Source: a virus. Taken from it: a stretch of DNA of 64,000 nucleotides. The notes under the pieces are model-generated. The model saw only the letters and a program-made list of their open reading frames with translations, did not search any database and was not told the DNA's origin. The DNA is taken from IMG/VR virus record IMGVR_UViG_3300028043_000001, positions 52,437-116,436 of that record; one strand, given 5' to 3'. Shown here in pieces: positions 1 to 9,294 of this stretch. Both the position numbers and the translations under genes were made by a program. How positions within the stretch are numbered: position 1 is the first letter of the stretch; each line of letters opens with the position of its first letter.

Positions 1-2
1 TC

Positions 3-494
3 TGGCTCGACGGTTTTGGTCCTCGGGGTGTGATGTCGTTTGCTCTTGAACACGTCGTTGCAATTCTAACCAAGAAGTCGGAAGAGTGGTTAAAGAAGTT
101 GTGGGCTGAGGGAGCTGCTGCGACGTTTGGTTTAGCAGGCGATGACTCTTCAAAAATTGAAGCAAAGTTGTTTTTAAATCAACACGAGGTTAACCTCCTC
201 TCCCTAAGTTCTGGAGAAACCCGTAGAGTGTGTCTTGCGATTTGTTTTAGTCTTCGAGAGACTTTACAAGCTTTAACGGGGTGGAGTTCAAATTTGCTGA
301 TATTAGACGAAATTAATGCTGGTTTAGATCCTTCTGGAAGTGAGCAAGTTATAAAACACTTAAAATCGGCGTATGGGACCAACTCTAGCATTTTTGTGAT
401 TTCCCACCTCCCAACTCCCAGCCGCCTTTTTGACGAGCATTTACTCGTGCATTACCGGGGAAATTCTTCAACGCTTGAGTGGCACACAAAGTAA
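3..494 (+). CDS. SbcC/Rad50/gp46-like ABC-ATPase recombination nuclease subunit, C-terminal part (5' truncated)
   Basis: Frame is open from the window start (WLDGFGPRG...). ABC signature LSSGETRR, Walker B LILDE, H-loop VISH. Confidence 0.85.
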   Translation, partial: WLDGFGPRGVMSFALEHVVAILTKKSEEWLKKLWAEGAAATFGLAGDDSSKIEAKLFLNQHEVNLLSLSSGETRRVCLAICFSLRETLQALTGWSSNLLILDEINAGLDPSGSEQVIKHLKSAYGTNSSIFVISHLPTPSRLFDEHLLVHYRGNSSTLEWHTK

Positions 495-523
495 GAGGGA
501 ATTTCAACTTGAGGAGCAGATAT

Positions 524-1855
524 ATGGACAGAAGGAATTTTACTTTGCAGATCTTGATCGGTAGTTTAATTTCTTCCCCGGAATTTCTGGTCCGCAGAGA
601 AGAGAACTACCTTTATGTGGAAGACATTTTACAGCCCCACATAGAGTATCAAATGTGGAAAGTACGCCATTGGAAGCAGTACGGCGAAATTACCAATGAC
701 GCTATGTGGGATGCAGGTATTATTGCCTTCGTTATTCCAGAAGCCGTTGCTGAGTTTATCGATTGTGAACGAATTTCGACAGGACAGACTGGGCATCTAC
801 TTTCCCTCCTCAACGATCTTGGACTAGCAGTTTGGTTTATGGAAACAAGTTCGTGGCAGGATGATCAACTTGAACTTCCCTTACCTATTGACTGGTTTCA
901 GTTTGCTCAATCCGCGGAGCGCCTCTTCAACCCCTTCGATGTTGTGTTACCCTCCAAGCCTGAAATTTATGTTACCTTCGACGACGACAGTGCTATGAAG
1001 TTAAAAGAGGCCATCTTTCCGTTCGTTGTGCCATCTAAAAGAACCAAGTTTGGGAAGTATCTCTTAGAACTGCACGACATCTCAAAGTCAGTTTCGAAAA
1101 CCCAAATGCAAATTCAAAAGGTTGGCATCCGCCAAGTTCCTATACCATTAACTATTCATCTCAGATCTGAGCCCTTCCAAACCATTGCAACCGCGTCGGT
1201 GTATACTAATCTGCAGCCCGAGGTGATGGGCTCCCACCTCAGCCGCCTTGTTGAAGTTTTAAACTCGGTTTCCTCTCAACCTTTAGCCACCGACTTGCAA
1301 ACTATGCAGTCTTTATTGAGCGTCCTTCAAGAGCGCTTAAAAGCAACGAACGCTTACCTCAAACTTAGGTTCCCAATCTTGATTGCACAAGAAGCACCTG
1401 TCTCGAAAATTAAAGGAATGGTGCACTACGACTGCACTCTCTCCGGCGAGATAGTTGATGGGGACTTGAAAGTTTTAAAGACGATACGAGTGCCCTACGT
1501 TTCTTCTTGTATTTGCTCAAAAACGATCAGCTTATTTAACGCTCACAATCAGAGGAGTTTTGCTGATGTAACCCTGATGTTGAGAGAGTGCGACTATGCT
1601 TTTGAGGATATCATCGAGATCGTAGAGGGCTGCTGCTCGGCACCGATTCGGGCGCTCCTGAAAAGAGAGGATGAAAAATTCATCACCGAGGCTTGTTTTG
1701 ATTATGCTGGCTTTGTTGAGTCCATCTGTCGCCAGATTGCAGATAACGTTGCTGCTCTAGATGTGAGGGGCTGGCTGGTTGTTTGTGAACATCTGGAGAG
1801 TATCCACCAACACAACGCGGTTGCGTTGATTCGAGGTGGTGAGTATATCCCCTAA
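524..1855 (+). CDS. folE2: GTP cyclohydrolase IB (FolE2) with an N-terminal degenerate LAGLIDADG-like domain
   Basis: C-terminal motifs QKVGI, GSHLSR, CICSK, AHNQRS, LLKREDEK, ESIHQHNA. N-terminal QILIGSLI and LGLAVWFME resemble LAGLIDADG_2 helices. GAGGAG precedes ATG 524. Confidence 0.85.
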   Translation: MDRRNFTLQILIGSLISSPEFLVRREENYLYVEDILQPHIEYQMWKVRHWKQYGEITNDAMWDAGIIAFVIPEAVAEFIDCERISTGQTGHLLSLLNDLGLAVWFMETSSWQDDQLELPLPIDWFQFAQSAERLFNPFDVVLPSKPEIYVTFDDDSAMKLKEAIFPFVVPSKRTKFGKYLLELHDISKSVSKTQMQIQKVGIRQVPIPLTIHLRSEPFQTIATASVYTNLQPEVMGSHLSRLVEVLNSVSSQPLATDLQTMQSLLSVLQERLKATNAYLKLRFPILIAQEAPVSKIKGMVHYDCTLSGEIVDGDLKVLKTIRVPYVSSCICSKTISLFNAHNQRSFADVTLMLRECDYAFEDIIEIVEGCCSAPIRALLKREDEKFITEACFDYAGFVESICRQIADNVAALDVRGWLVVCEHLESIHQHNAVALIRGGEYIP

Positions 1856-1881
1856 AAAAATTAAGGTCATAAATTTTCGCC

Positions 1882-1911
1882 TTGAAAAAAGCCAAATTAA
1901 GCAATTAAAAT
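1882..1911 (+). promoter_or_regulatory. Putative sigma70-type promoter
   Basis: TTGAAA-18 bp-TAAAAT in an AT-rich intergenic gap. Confidence 0.4.
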
Positions 1912-1943
1912 TACTTAATAAGTAGAATACTTTAGGAGCGAGA

Positions 1944-2165
1944 ATGGAGTGGTTGTATTTTTTGGGAGTAGTGCTTCTATTTGGAAGTCTGTTCTCAATA
2001 GGTTGGGTTGTAAGAAGGAGGCACTCCAAGAACGCAAGAGAGTTAGTCCACCCCCACAAACTTGGGGACAGTTTTGACATCGAAGGAATGCGCAACCAGT
2101 TAGCGCGGCTAGACAATGAGCTTAAAAGGCTGCATGAAGTGCTTGGGGGAGATGAAAAGAAATGA
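1944..2165 (+). CDS. Small membrane-anchored hypothetical protein
   Basis: AGGAG RBS, N-terminal hydrophobic helix, short coiled coil. Confidence 0.65.
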   Translation: MEWLYFLGVVLLFGSLFSIGWVVRRRHSKNARELVHPHKLGDSFDIEGMRNQLARLDNELKRLHEVLGGDEKK

Positions 2166-2341
2166 GAGAGACATGTATTGCATGTGGTGAAAAATTTACG
2201 AAGTTTGGCTACGAAGCATCAACTGACCCACTATGCTTCAAATGCAGGGAGAAGTTGGAAGAGGAACAACAGGATAGCCGCACCCAAAGAAGAGGATGGA
2301 CACATCCTCTTTCATTTTTGTTTGGTGATGACATGTGGTAG
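2162..2341 (+). CDS. Small Zn-finger protein (59 aa, not in ORF track)
   Basis: Manual translation MRETCIACGEKF...PLCFKCREK with two CxxC pairs. ATGA overlap with the upstream gene. Confidence 0.6.
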   Translation: MRETCIACGEKFTKFGYEASTDPLCFKCREKLEEEQQDSRTQRRGWTHPLSFLFGDDMW

Positions 2342-2355
2342 GAGGAAAAAAAGTC

Positions 2356-2568
2356 GTGTCTTTTGAAGATAAAACTTTTTCCATGCAAGAATTTCTAAAG
2401 AACCTTGCGAAGCAACTATTTGGACGCGAGATTGATGGTATACATTGCGTTGTTTGCGGGTCGGCAGTTGAGGGACCCCACAATTTTCGCGACGAGCTTT
2501 CTTGGAAGGAGTGGCAAATTTCCTTTCTGTGCCAAGCATGTCAAGATGAAACTTTCGGAAAGCAATGA
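2356..2568 (+). CDS. Small phage Zn-finger protein
   Basis: GGAGG then GTG. CVVC...FRDELSWKEWQISFLCQACQD pattern. Confidence 0.7.
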   Translation: MSFEDKTFSMQEFLKNLAKQLFGREIDGIHCVVCGSAVEGPHNFRDELSWKEWQISFLCQACQDETFGKQ

Positions 2569-2586
2569 GAACAAATTTTCAAAGAG

Positions 2587-2979
2587 ATGCGCAATCAAGA
2601 ACTTAGAGTTACAATGTTCGCGATAGATGACGGCACCTTCCAGGAAATGACATTGGCTGCTCCCAAACTCTGCGCCTTAACACAAGTTGCAGAATTAGCC
2701 GTCCAAAGAGTAGACCAACCGCCCCCCGAAAGTAAATCTTTACGCCCCAACCTCTACATCCAAGTTGAAGTAGCTCTAGGTGATAAATGTGTGCGTTGTT
2801 GGTACTCCTCTCCAAGTGTTGGTAGTGATTTACACCATCCTCAACTTTGTGGTCGTTGTCTCCAAATTGTGGCCCCTCAAGGAGGGTTAATTAGTGATTG
2901 GCAAAAGAGTAAAAATAGCGAACCGATTTGCCTCAAGGATCTGGGAAAAATATCACCGGAATCATTTAATTGGATTTGA
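2587..2979 (+). CDS. Protein resembling the isolated C-terminal Zn-finger region of isoleucyl-tRNA synthetase
   Basis: VEVALGDKCVRCW...VG....HPQLCGRC..V matches the zf-FPG/IleRS pattern. Confidence 0.6.
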   Translation: MRNQELRVTMFAIDDGTFQEMTLAAPKLCALTQVAELAVQRVDQPPPESKSLRPNLYIQVEVALGDKCVRCWYSSPSVGSDLHHPQLCGRCLQIVAPQGGLISDWQKSKNSEPICLKDLGKISPESFNWI

Positions 2980-3175
2980 AACTCTTGAAGAGATTGAGGA
3001 AAACTTACCTCCAGTGGGAGCGTATAGAAAAACCAAAGTGTTTTGCTCTTGTCCCTACTGTTGCGGGAACCCTCGTCGTGGCAAAGGAAGCTTAAAGGAT
3101 AGACTAACCAAACAGGAGTTACAAGCTCTCGAGGACGAGGTTATTCAGTTCCAGGAAGGAATAGGAGTCTTTTAA
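2894..3175 (+). CDS. Hypothetical phage protein with CSCxxCCGNPR motif
   Basis: Cys cluster. Start codon uncertain. Confidence 0.55.
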   Translation: MIGKRVKIANRFASRIWEKYHRNHLIGFETLEEIEENLPPVGAYRKTKVFCSCPYCCGNPRRGKGSLKDRLTKQELQALEDEVIQFQEGIGVF

Positions 3176-3182
3176 AGGGTAA

Positions 3183-3440
3183 GTGACATTGAAAGATGAG
3201 TGGTGGAAACTTATTCTTTCGATAGCTGGTGCGGCAATTTTATTCCTACTCCATCAGAATCAACAGTTTCTTGAGAAGGAGTTGGATCGAAATAAAGTCC
3301 AAAACTCAGCTCAATGGCGGACCTCCGCTGAAGTAGAGAGAAGTCTGGTTCGGGAAATTGCAGCTTTAAAGGAAAAAGTTGCCTTTATTGATGGCTACCA
3401 CGCAGGCCTTCGAGAGAGTAAAGTAACAACAAAGAAGTAG
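3183..3440 (+). CDS. Membrane-anchored coiled-coil hypothetical protein
   Basis: N-terminal TM helix followed by a helical region. Confidence 0.55.
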   Translation: MTLKDEWWKLILSIAGAAILFLLHQNQQFLEKELDRNKVQNSAQWRTSAEVERSLVREIAALKEKVAFIDGYHAGLRESKVTTKK

Positions 3441-3444
3441 ATTT

Positions 3445-3636
3445 ATGACACCTATAACTGAGCTTCCCTTCAAGCCGCATGGCTGGTGGCGACGAGTTTG
3501 GCAAACGCTGCTAGTCTTTTTCGGATTGGCGAGCCTTGCAACTGGAGGCCTCCTAAAATATCGTAGGCGCCCGTTGCTGATTTTCACTGCAGCTGTCGTC
3601 GCAGGTGCAGTTTTAGTTTGGTGGGTATGGGAATAA
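3445..3636 (+). CDS. Small two-TM membrane protein
   Basis: Two hydrophobic segments separated by KYRRRP. Confidence 0.5.
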   Translation: MTPITELPFKPHGWWRRVWQTLLVFFGLASLATGGLLKYRRRPLLIFTAAVVAGAVLVWWVWE

Positions 3637-4013
3637 TTGAGTATCTTATATTGTTGTGGGAAAGACGTAGACTCAGAAAGATAGTCGAGCAGTTGCATCG
3701 GAGGCGAGATTATGAAAAAAGGGAGGCATCGACGGTGACCACGGTAAAAACCAAAAATGAGAGAGCTGAGGCTATGGCGTTTTTACTATCAGCGCGTGGC
3801 AACTTCATTGTCTCACAAGCGCTGGTGCTAGCAATAAGGACAATCAAGTCCCGACCAAAAACTTTTCAAGAACCCTCAAACGTGGCAGATATGGAATATC
3901 TGCTAGACACCCTATTCCCGATCTATAAAGCTGTTGAAGCTTCACAACATGTGGCTAACAAGCATCACCCCCTTACCGACGAAACGCTCGCTAAAATTTA
4001 CAATGAAGAGTAG
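3627..4013 (+). CDS. Hypothetical protein
   Basis: ORF packed in the operon. No motif recognised. Confidence 0.5.
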   Translation: MGIIEYLILLWERRRLRKIVEQLHRRRDYEKREASTVTTVKTKNERAEAMAFLLSARGNFIVSQALVLAIRTIKSRPKTFQEPSNVADMEYLLDTLFPIYKAVEASQHVANKHHPLTDETLAKIYNEE

Positions 4014-4069
4014 GGCCTTTTTTCCAACTCTTCCAAATCGAACAAGGTATTCAACGAAGGGTAGATAAA

Positions 4070-4384
4070 ATGGGTTTTTGGGATTGGCTTTTTGGCTCAT
4101 CGGAAACCCTGGACCGAATCGAGGACAGGGTTACCCATATTCAACAACAAATTCAACTTTTGGAGGAAAGGCAGATGTTGGAGTTCGAAGCACTAAAAGC
4201 GGCAGTGGCGGAGCAGACCACGGTAATCAACAGCGCAATCGTCCTTTTGAACGAGCTCGAGGATCGTCTCGAGGCAATGAAGGACGCCCCAACCCCGCAG
4301 GATGTCCAAAATCTCTTGGATACGGTGATAGCCGACAAAGAGGCTCTTGCGGCAGCTGTCGCAGAGAACACCCCTGGCGCCTAA
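4070..4384 (+). CDS. Helical/coiled-coil phage hypothetical protein
   Basis: Amphipathic acidic helices, followed by a hairpin. Confidence 0.6.
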   Translation: MGFWDWLFGSSETLDRIEDRVTHIQQQIQLLEERQMLEFEALKAAVAEQTTVINSAIVLLNELEDRLEAMKDAPTPQDVQNLLDTVIADKEALAAAVAENTPGA

Positions 4385-4392
4385 TCTTAAAT

Positions 4393-4423
4393 AAGGGAGG
4401 ATCTCCGGATCCTCCCTTCATTT
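4393..4423 (+). terminator. Stem-loop, likely intrinsic terminator
   Basis: AAGGGAGGATC-TCCG-GATCCTCCCTT, an 11-bp stem with only a weak U tract. Confidence 0.55.
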
Positions 4424-4439
4424 AAAGGGTTAAGCTAAG

Positions 4440-5108
4440 TTGGAAGAATTTGGCATCGTTGTACTCACCTTTAACCGCCTTGAGCGTCTACAGTCGTGTT
4501 TAGACCACATCTTCTCACGCACAAAAGCCTCCTTTAAACTTTACGTAGTCGATAATTACTCAACTGATGGCACACAAGAGTATCTCGAGGGTTTCAGTGC
4601 CAACCAAAAGCTCGTCTATATTAGGATGGATTCGAATGTTGGGGTCTTAGCTCGAAACGTAGCGTTTCGTCAAATTACTGCACCCTTTATTGCCCAGATC
4701 GATGATGACGTTACTGTTGACCCTGATTGGGACTCAAAATGCTTGCAGTTAATGAACAGCGATTCCCAAATCGGTTTGATTTGTCATCAAGGAGCCCGTA
4801 TCAAGGAGTGGCCCCATTTTGAGGTCCAGCATGAAGATTGCTTTGTTGATTGCGCTACCGGGTTTTTTATGTGCTTCAGAAACGTTGGCCTGTTGTTTGA
4901 TGAGAACATTGAAAGATTTTGGTGTGAGGATCTAGACTTATCACTACAATTTAAAGAAAAGGGTTACCGCATTTTTTGCACACCAACGTTGTGTAGCCAT
5001 GCAAGTGCCCGTGATATCCCTATCGACCTGGATCTTTATAATAGGAACCATGATTACGTTTTTAAAAAGTGGGCTTCAAGATTAGCAAGCCTGGGGCTCG
5101 AGGCTTAG
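4440..5108 (+). CDS. Glycosyltransferase family 2
   Basis: IVVLTFNR, VVDNYSTDGT, QIDDD (DxD), EDLD motifs. Confidence 0.9.
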   Translation: MEEFGIVVLTFNRLERLQSCLDHIFSRTKASFKLYVVDNYSTDGTQEYLEGFSANQKLVYIRMDSNVGVLARNVAFRQITAPFIAQIDDDVTVDPDWDSKCLQLMNSDSQIGLICHQGARIKEWPHFEVQHEDCFVDCATGFFMCFRNVGLLFDENIERFWCEDLDLSLQFKEKGYRIFCTPTLCSHASARDIPIDLDLYNRNHDYVFKKWASRLASLGLEA

Positions 5109-5110
5109 AC

Positions 5111-5386
5111 GTGTTTAACTTTTTTGTGCTTGTAAACCAGCAGTCCGAGGCTCTCAAAACCATCGTAGACTCCCTGCTAACGTTTGGGGTGAGGTGCTCT
5201 GAGCTTCCTCGGGTGTGGGTATGGGACTTATTGCACTCAACTCCCCACACACGAATTCTAACCTTCGGTGCAAGACGCACGAAGCTTCCCGAACGTACTC
5301 CCCTTGAGTTCGTCGATGACGAAGGAAGAAGGTGGAAAGTGGGGCCCGTAATTTCACAAAAAAGACATGGAATACAGCAATCTTAA
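5111..5386 (+). CDS. Hypothetical protein
   Basis: Fills the gap between the GT and the MTase. GTG start assumed. Confidence 0.4.
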   Translation: MFNFFVLVNQQSEALKTIVDSLLTFGVRCSELPRVWVWDLLHSTPHTRILTFGARRTKLPERTPLEFVDDEGRRWKVGPVISQKRHGIQQS

Positions 5387-5945
5387 GGCGGTTGAAAATA
5401 TTTTTGGTTGGCTTGAACCTTTAGAGGGTGAGTGTCTTTACCGTTTAGCTCAGGAATGTTCAAAGGGAGTGATTGTTGAGGTAGGTTCCTTTAAAGGGAG
5501 GTCAACTGCATGTCTTGGTTTAGGCTCCCTTGCCGGGTTTAAAGTTAAAATTTATGCGGTAGATCATTTCCAGCCCTACTTCGACGTGATCTTGCAAACT
5601 GTTTTTGACTACACTCTTGAAGAATTTTGTACTAACATGCACAGCTTGGGTCTTGGAGAAATTGTTATTCCAATTGTAGCTTCGTCAAAAGAAGCTTTTA
5701 AAACCTTCGAGCACGACATCGGGGTTCTGTTTATAGACGCGTGCCACAACTTTGACGAAGTTACACATGATATAGTCTCCTGGTCGACAAAGTTACTTCC
5801 AGGCGGAATTATTGCTGTACATGACTGCGCGCCTGGAGGGAATTGGGTTGAGCCTCAACGTGCTTTTAATCAACTTGTAAAAGAGTCCCCGCAGTTCCAG
5901 TTTCTTGGATTTGTGGGTTCAATTGGAGTGGCAAGAAAAAAATGA
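5367..5945 (+). CDS. Class I SAM-dependent methyltransferase (Methyltransf_24-like)
   Basis: VEVGSFKGRST, LFIDACH, LPGGIIAVHD. Confidence 0.9.
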   Translation: MEYSNLKAVENIFGWLEPLEGECLYRLAQECSKGVIVEVGSFKGRSTACLGLGSLAGFKVKIYAVDHFQPYFDVILQTVFDYTLEEFCTNMHSLGLGEIVIPIVASSKEAFKTFEHDIGVLFIDACHNFDEVTHDIVSWSTKLLPGGIIAVHDCAPGGNWVEPQRAFNQLVKESPQFQFLGFVGSIGVARKK

Positions 5946-6628
5946 ATCCAGCTTTTAAAGAGGAGTTTGAGTATTGGGAGGAATGGCTCAAAACGCGGGG
6001 AAAATGTCAGGATTTGTTTCCTCACGAGTATGAGGAGCGCCTCGATCCTTACCTTCCCCTCCAATTTGAGATTGAAAAGCTTCTCCCGAGGGAATCACGA
6101 GTTGCACGCATTCTCGACGTAGGATCTGGTCCGCTAACACACGTTGGTAAATTTCATCCAAATATTACTCTTGAGGTGGTTGCACTTGATGCACTTGCAG
6201 ATGAGTACAATCAGCTCCTAGAGACTTGCGGTGTTATTCCTCCGATAATGGTGGTTAAAGGAGATGCCGAAAAACTGCTCTCCTATTTTAACCCCGACTT
6301 TTTCGATGTTGTGTGTTTTCGTAATAGTTTTGATCACTGCCCTCGACCTTTGCCTTCCTTCGTTGCAGCCCTTTCAGTAGCTAAAACGGGGGGCTATGTG
6401 TTCTTACAGCATGAGGAGTTTGAAGGACAAAAAGCTGAGTATACCGGCTTGCACCAGTGGGATTTATACTCACGCGACGGCAGTTTTTTTGTTAGTGATA
6501 AAGTGGGTAACACTTTTAATTTCTCATTACTATTTCAGGGCGTGGCTCAGCTCGAGTGCTCGTATGATGTTTTTGGGTGGTTGGTAGTAACGGCAAAGAA
6601 AATCGTTACGGGAGTTGTTAATGTATAG
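5942..6628 (+). CDS. Class I SAM-dependent methyltransferase
   Basis: ILDVGSGP, FDVV..RNSFDH, KTGG. Confidence 0.85.
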   Translation: MNPAFKEEFEYWEEWLKTRGKCQDLFPHEYEERLDPYLPLQFEIEKLLPRESRVARILDVGSGPLTHVGKFHPNITLEVVALDALADEYNQLLETCGVIPPIMVVKGDAEKLLSYFNPDFFDVVCFRNSFDHCPRPLPSFVAALSVAKTGGYVFLQHEEFEGQKAEYTGLHQWDLYSRDGSFFVSDKVGNTFNFSLLFQGVAQLECSYDVFGWLVVTAKKIVTGVVNV

Positions 6629-7820
6629 ACATCCAATTGGTAAACTTAGTAAAGGGGCAGTTCTTGATATAGGTTTGAAGTGTCCCCACAGTTGTGCCTT
6701 CTGTTACTATTCATATTTGAATGGTGAAGATGAGCAGTTTTACGGCATCCGTCACTCATCTTTTCGCACTCCCCAAGAATGCACCGCAATTTTAGACCTC
6801 CTCAAGCAATCAAAGTTTCTTAACTTTGATATCACTGGTGGCGAACCAGTAGTCCATCCAGGTATTGTTGAGATTGTTCAACATTCGACCGAGCTCAGCC
6901 TAGCATCTCGCCTGATTACTCTAGGCCAGTTTTTGTTTGTTGATAATTTAATTGATAGGTTATTAGACGCAGGATTAACAAATTTCCTTTTCTCTGTCCA
7001 CTCTCCCAATAACAAGACTGCTCAAAGTTTGACGGGCGCAAAGCTAACCAAAATTTTAGAGGCTTTTGACTTCCTGGACGCCCTTGATTTTTCTTACTGC
7101 ACAAACACCGTTATTACTGATTTCAATTTTAAAGACTTGCCTGCCCTCGCTTCCTTATTTACCCAGCACAACGTTTACCACTCCAGCTTCATTTACATGA
7201 ATCCCCACTACGGCTGGCAAGATCTGTCAAGAACGGATACCCTCTTTAAGTTGCTCGCGAGACACTCCGATATTCAACCATTTATAGTTGAGGCGGTGCA
7301 GATCTTGGAAGCCAGCAAGATCGCGGTCAACTTAAGATATGCTCCAATGTGTACTGTGAAAGGTGTAGAGAAGAATATGGTCGGCGTTGTAGGAGTACGC
7401 TACGACCCCTACGAGTGGATGAATCAAGGTGGACATCTTGGTGGAGACCCAACCTCTTGCGCAACCCCTAACAGGATCGTAGAAGGTGATGTGGAGCCTA
7501 ATTTCCGCCTGGAGCGGTTTTCTGCCCCTATTCAATTCCTTGACTTTGCAGTTATTGGTAGACGCAGTGATTTAAGGTATTTTCCTTTACAATGTGGTGA
7601 ATGTGGTATGATCGAAGTATGTGATGGCGTCCATGGTCGTTATTTGCAAAAGTTTGGTGCAGCAGAATTTTCCCCCTTTCCCGAGAGGGAATTAGGCTTT
7701 CCCATTCATGCAGCGAGGGCACAATATTTACCTCCCTTCATTGTTAAAACCGAGCAATTTGAGAACATGAAGGCACTTCTGACCGCGGAGTTCGACGAGT
7801 GTACCCTAGAGTCTCCGTAA
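6621..7820 (+). CDS. Radical SAM protein with C-terminal Cys cluster
   Basis: CPHSCAFC (CxxxCxxC), TGGEP, C-terminal CGECGMIEVCDG. Confidence 0.9.
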   Translation: MYRHPIGKLSKGAVLDIGLKCPHSCAFCYYSYLNGEDEQFYGIRHSSFRTPQECTAILDLLKQSKFLNFDITGGEPVVHPGIVEIVQHSTELSLASRLITLGQFLFVDNLIDRLLDAGLTNFLFSVHSPNNKTAQSLTGAKLTKILEAFDFLDALDFSYCTNTVITDFNFKDLPALASLFTQHNVYHSSFIYMNPHYGWQDLSRTDTLFKLLARHSDIQPFIVEAVQILEASKIAVNLRYAPMCTVKGVEKNMVGVVGVRYDPYEWMNQGGHLGGDPTSCATPNRIVEGDVEPNFRLERFSAPIQFLDFAVIGRRSDLRYFPLQCGECGMIEVCDGVHGRYLQKFGAAEFSPFPERELGFPIHAARAQYLPPFIVKTEQFENMKALLTAEFDECTLESP

Positions 7821-9283
7821 TTATTCCATGCTTTAACTACGGATTGTTTCTCACTAACGCAATTCAGAGTGCCCTGTTGCAAACTTTGCCAAACTTTGAG
7901 GTCATTGTGGTTAACGATGGCAGCACTGACAACTCCTTAGAAGTAGCTCAGGGTTTTGAGTCAGACGCTCGTGTCAAGGTAGTGGACCAACCAAATAGTG
8001 GCACGCCTGCTATTTCCCGAAACAGGGGCGCTCTTCATGCACAAGGTGATTATTTCGTTTTCCTCGATGCGGACGATATCCTTGAACCCGATGCTCTGAG
8101 AGAGTGGTCTACTTTCCTCAATCAACACCCCGAAATTTCTTTGGTCTACTCTGATCGCTTTGACTTGCACAGCGATGGCTCAAAACACTACATCCATTTT
8201 CTGGATTGGAATACTGAGCGACTCAAAATTCCCCTCAACTTGTTTTCATATTGTAACATGATGCGTCGCAGTTTGTGGGAGGCGATCGGGGGTTTCCGTA
8301 CAAACGTTCATGGGGTTGAGGATTGGGATGCCTGGGTAGCAATGGTCTCTCGAGGGCTTGTCGGATATAGAATTCCGAAGCCGTTATTTACTTATCGAGT
8401 AAAAGAGGTAGGGGTTTTTCAGGATGTTGTACGTAATGAAGAGTTAAAAAAAGCACTCGTTATTGTGAATAACGCCGAGTTGTTTTCGGAAGAGGGCATC
8501 AAAGCTGCCAAAAACGTAATACCGAGAAACGTTGTGCAGCCCCTTGTTTCAATAATTATTACGACCTTCAATAGACCTGAGCTAGTAAAAAGAGCAATTT
8601 GTAGTGCTCTCACTCAGACATACCGGAACATCGAAGTTATCGTTGTAAATGATGCGGGGTGTGACATTAGCCCCCTAATTGAGTCTATCAATCGGAGTAA
8701 TTTAAAATATATTACTCACGAGACTAACATTGGAATATTATCGGTTACGCGTAATAGTGGAATTGCCCAGGCCAAAGGTAAGTACATTGGGTTTCTCGAC
8801 GACGATGACTTCCTGTATCCCCACCACGTAGAGTTTTTAGTGGAAGCTTTAGAAGCAGACTCCTCTCTTGGAGCTGCTTATTCGGACGGTATTTTTAGTG
8901 AGGTTGATTTTGTGAACAACATTCCCGTTATTAGAAACCAGTTTCGCACCCAGCATATCGATTGGCGGTCGAATATCTTTTTCGAAAATAATATAAGCCC
9001 CGTGACTGCATTTTTAGTTAGGAGAGAAGTTCTCGACGAAGTGGGCCTTTTTGATCCTCGACTAGGCATCAACGAGGATTGGGAACTTTGGATCCGTATC
9101 GAAAAGAACTTTCCCTTCAAGAGAGTCCCCAGAACTACCTTTGAAGTGGTTATTCCTGTTGAAAGTTGGAATTCCCCTACACGTAAACTTGTCCGCGAAA
9201 AGTTTTTACTGGGGGCAGCTCAAATCTTTAGGGAGGAGCATGGTAAGGATTTGGAGTATGTTTTAAAAATGTATGGTATGTAG
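7799..9283 (+). CDS. Tandem double GT2 glycosyltransferase
   Basis: Two GT-A domains: VSVIIPCFN..DDGSTD-like..FLDADD..EDWD and VSIIITTFNR..FLDDDD..EDWE. Confidence 0.9.
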   Translation: MYPRVSVIIPCFNYGLFLTNAIQSALLQTLPNFEVIVVNDGSTDNSLEVAQGFESDARVKVVDQPNSGTPAISRNRGALHAQGDYFVFLDADDILEPDALREWSTFLNQHPEISLVYSDRFDLHSDGSKHYIHFLDWNTERLKIPLNLFSYCNMMRRSLWEAIGGFRTNVHGVEDWDAWVAMVSRGLVGYRIPKPLFTYRVKEVGVFQDVVRNEELKKALVIVNNAELFSEEGIKAAKNVIPRNVVQPLVSIIITTFNRPELVKRAICSALTQTYRNIEVIVVNDAGCDISPLIESINRSNLKYITHETNIGILSVTRNSGIAQAKGKYIGFLDDDDFLYPHHVEFLVEALEADSSLGAAYSDGIFSEVDFVNNIPVIRNQFRTQHIDWRSNIFFENNISPVTAFLVRREVLDEVGLFDPRLGINEDWELWIRIEKNFPFKRVPRTTFEVVIPVESWNSPTRKLVREKFLLGAAQIFREEHGKDLEYVLKMYGM

Positions 9284-9294
9284 GTAGAAGTTTA

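Noticed and set aside
6621-7820. Radical SAM protein as QueE
   Set aside because: At 400 aa with a C-terminal Cys cluster it is too long, it lacks the QueE N-terminal F.(S/T).QGEG motif, and it lies in the glycosyltransferase operon.
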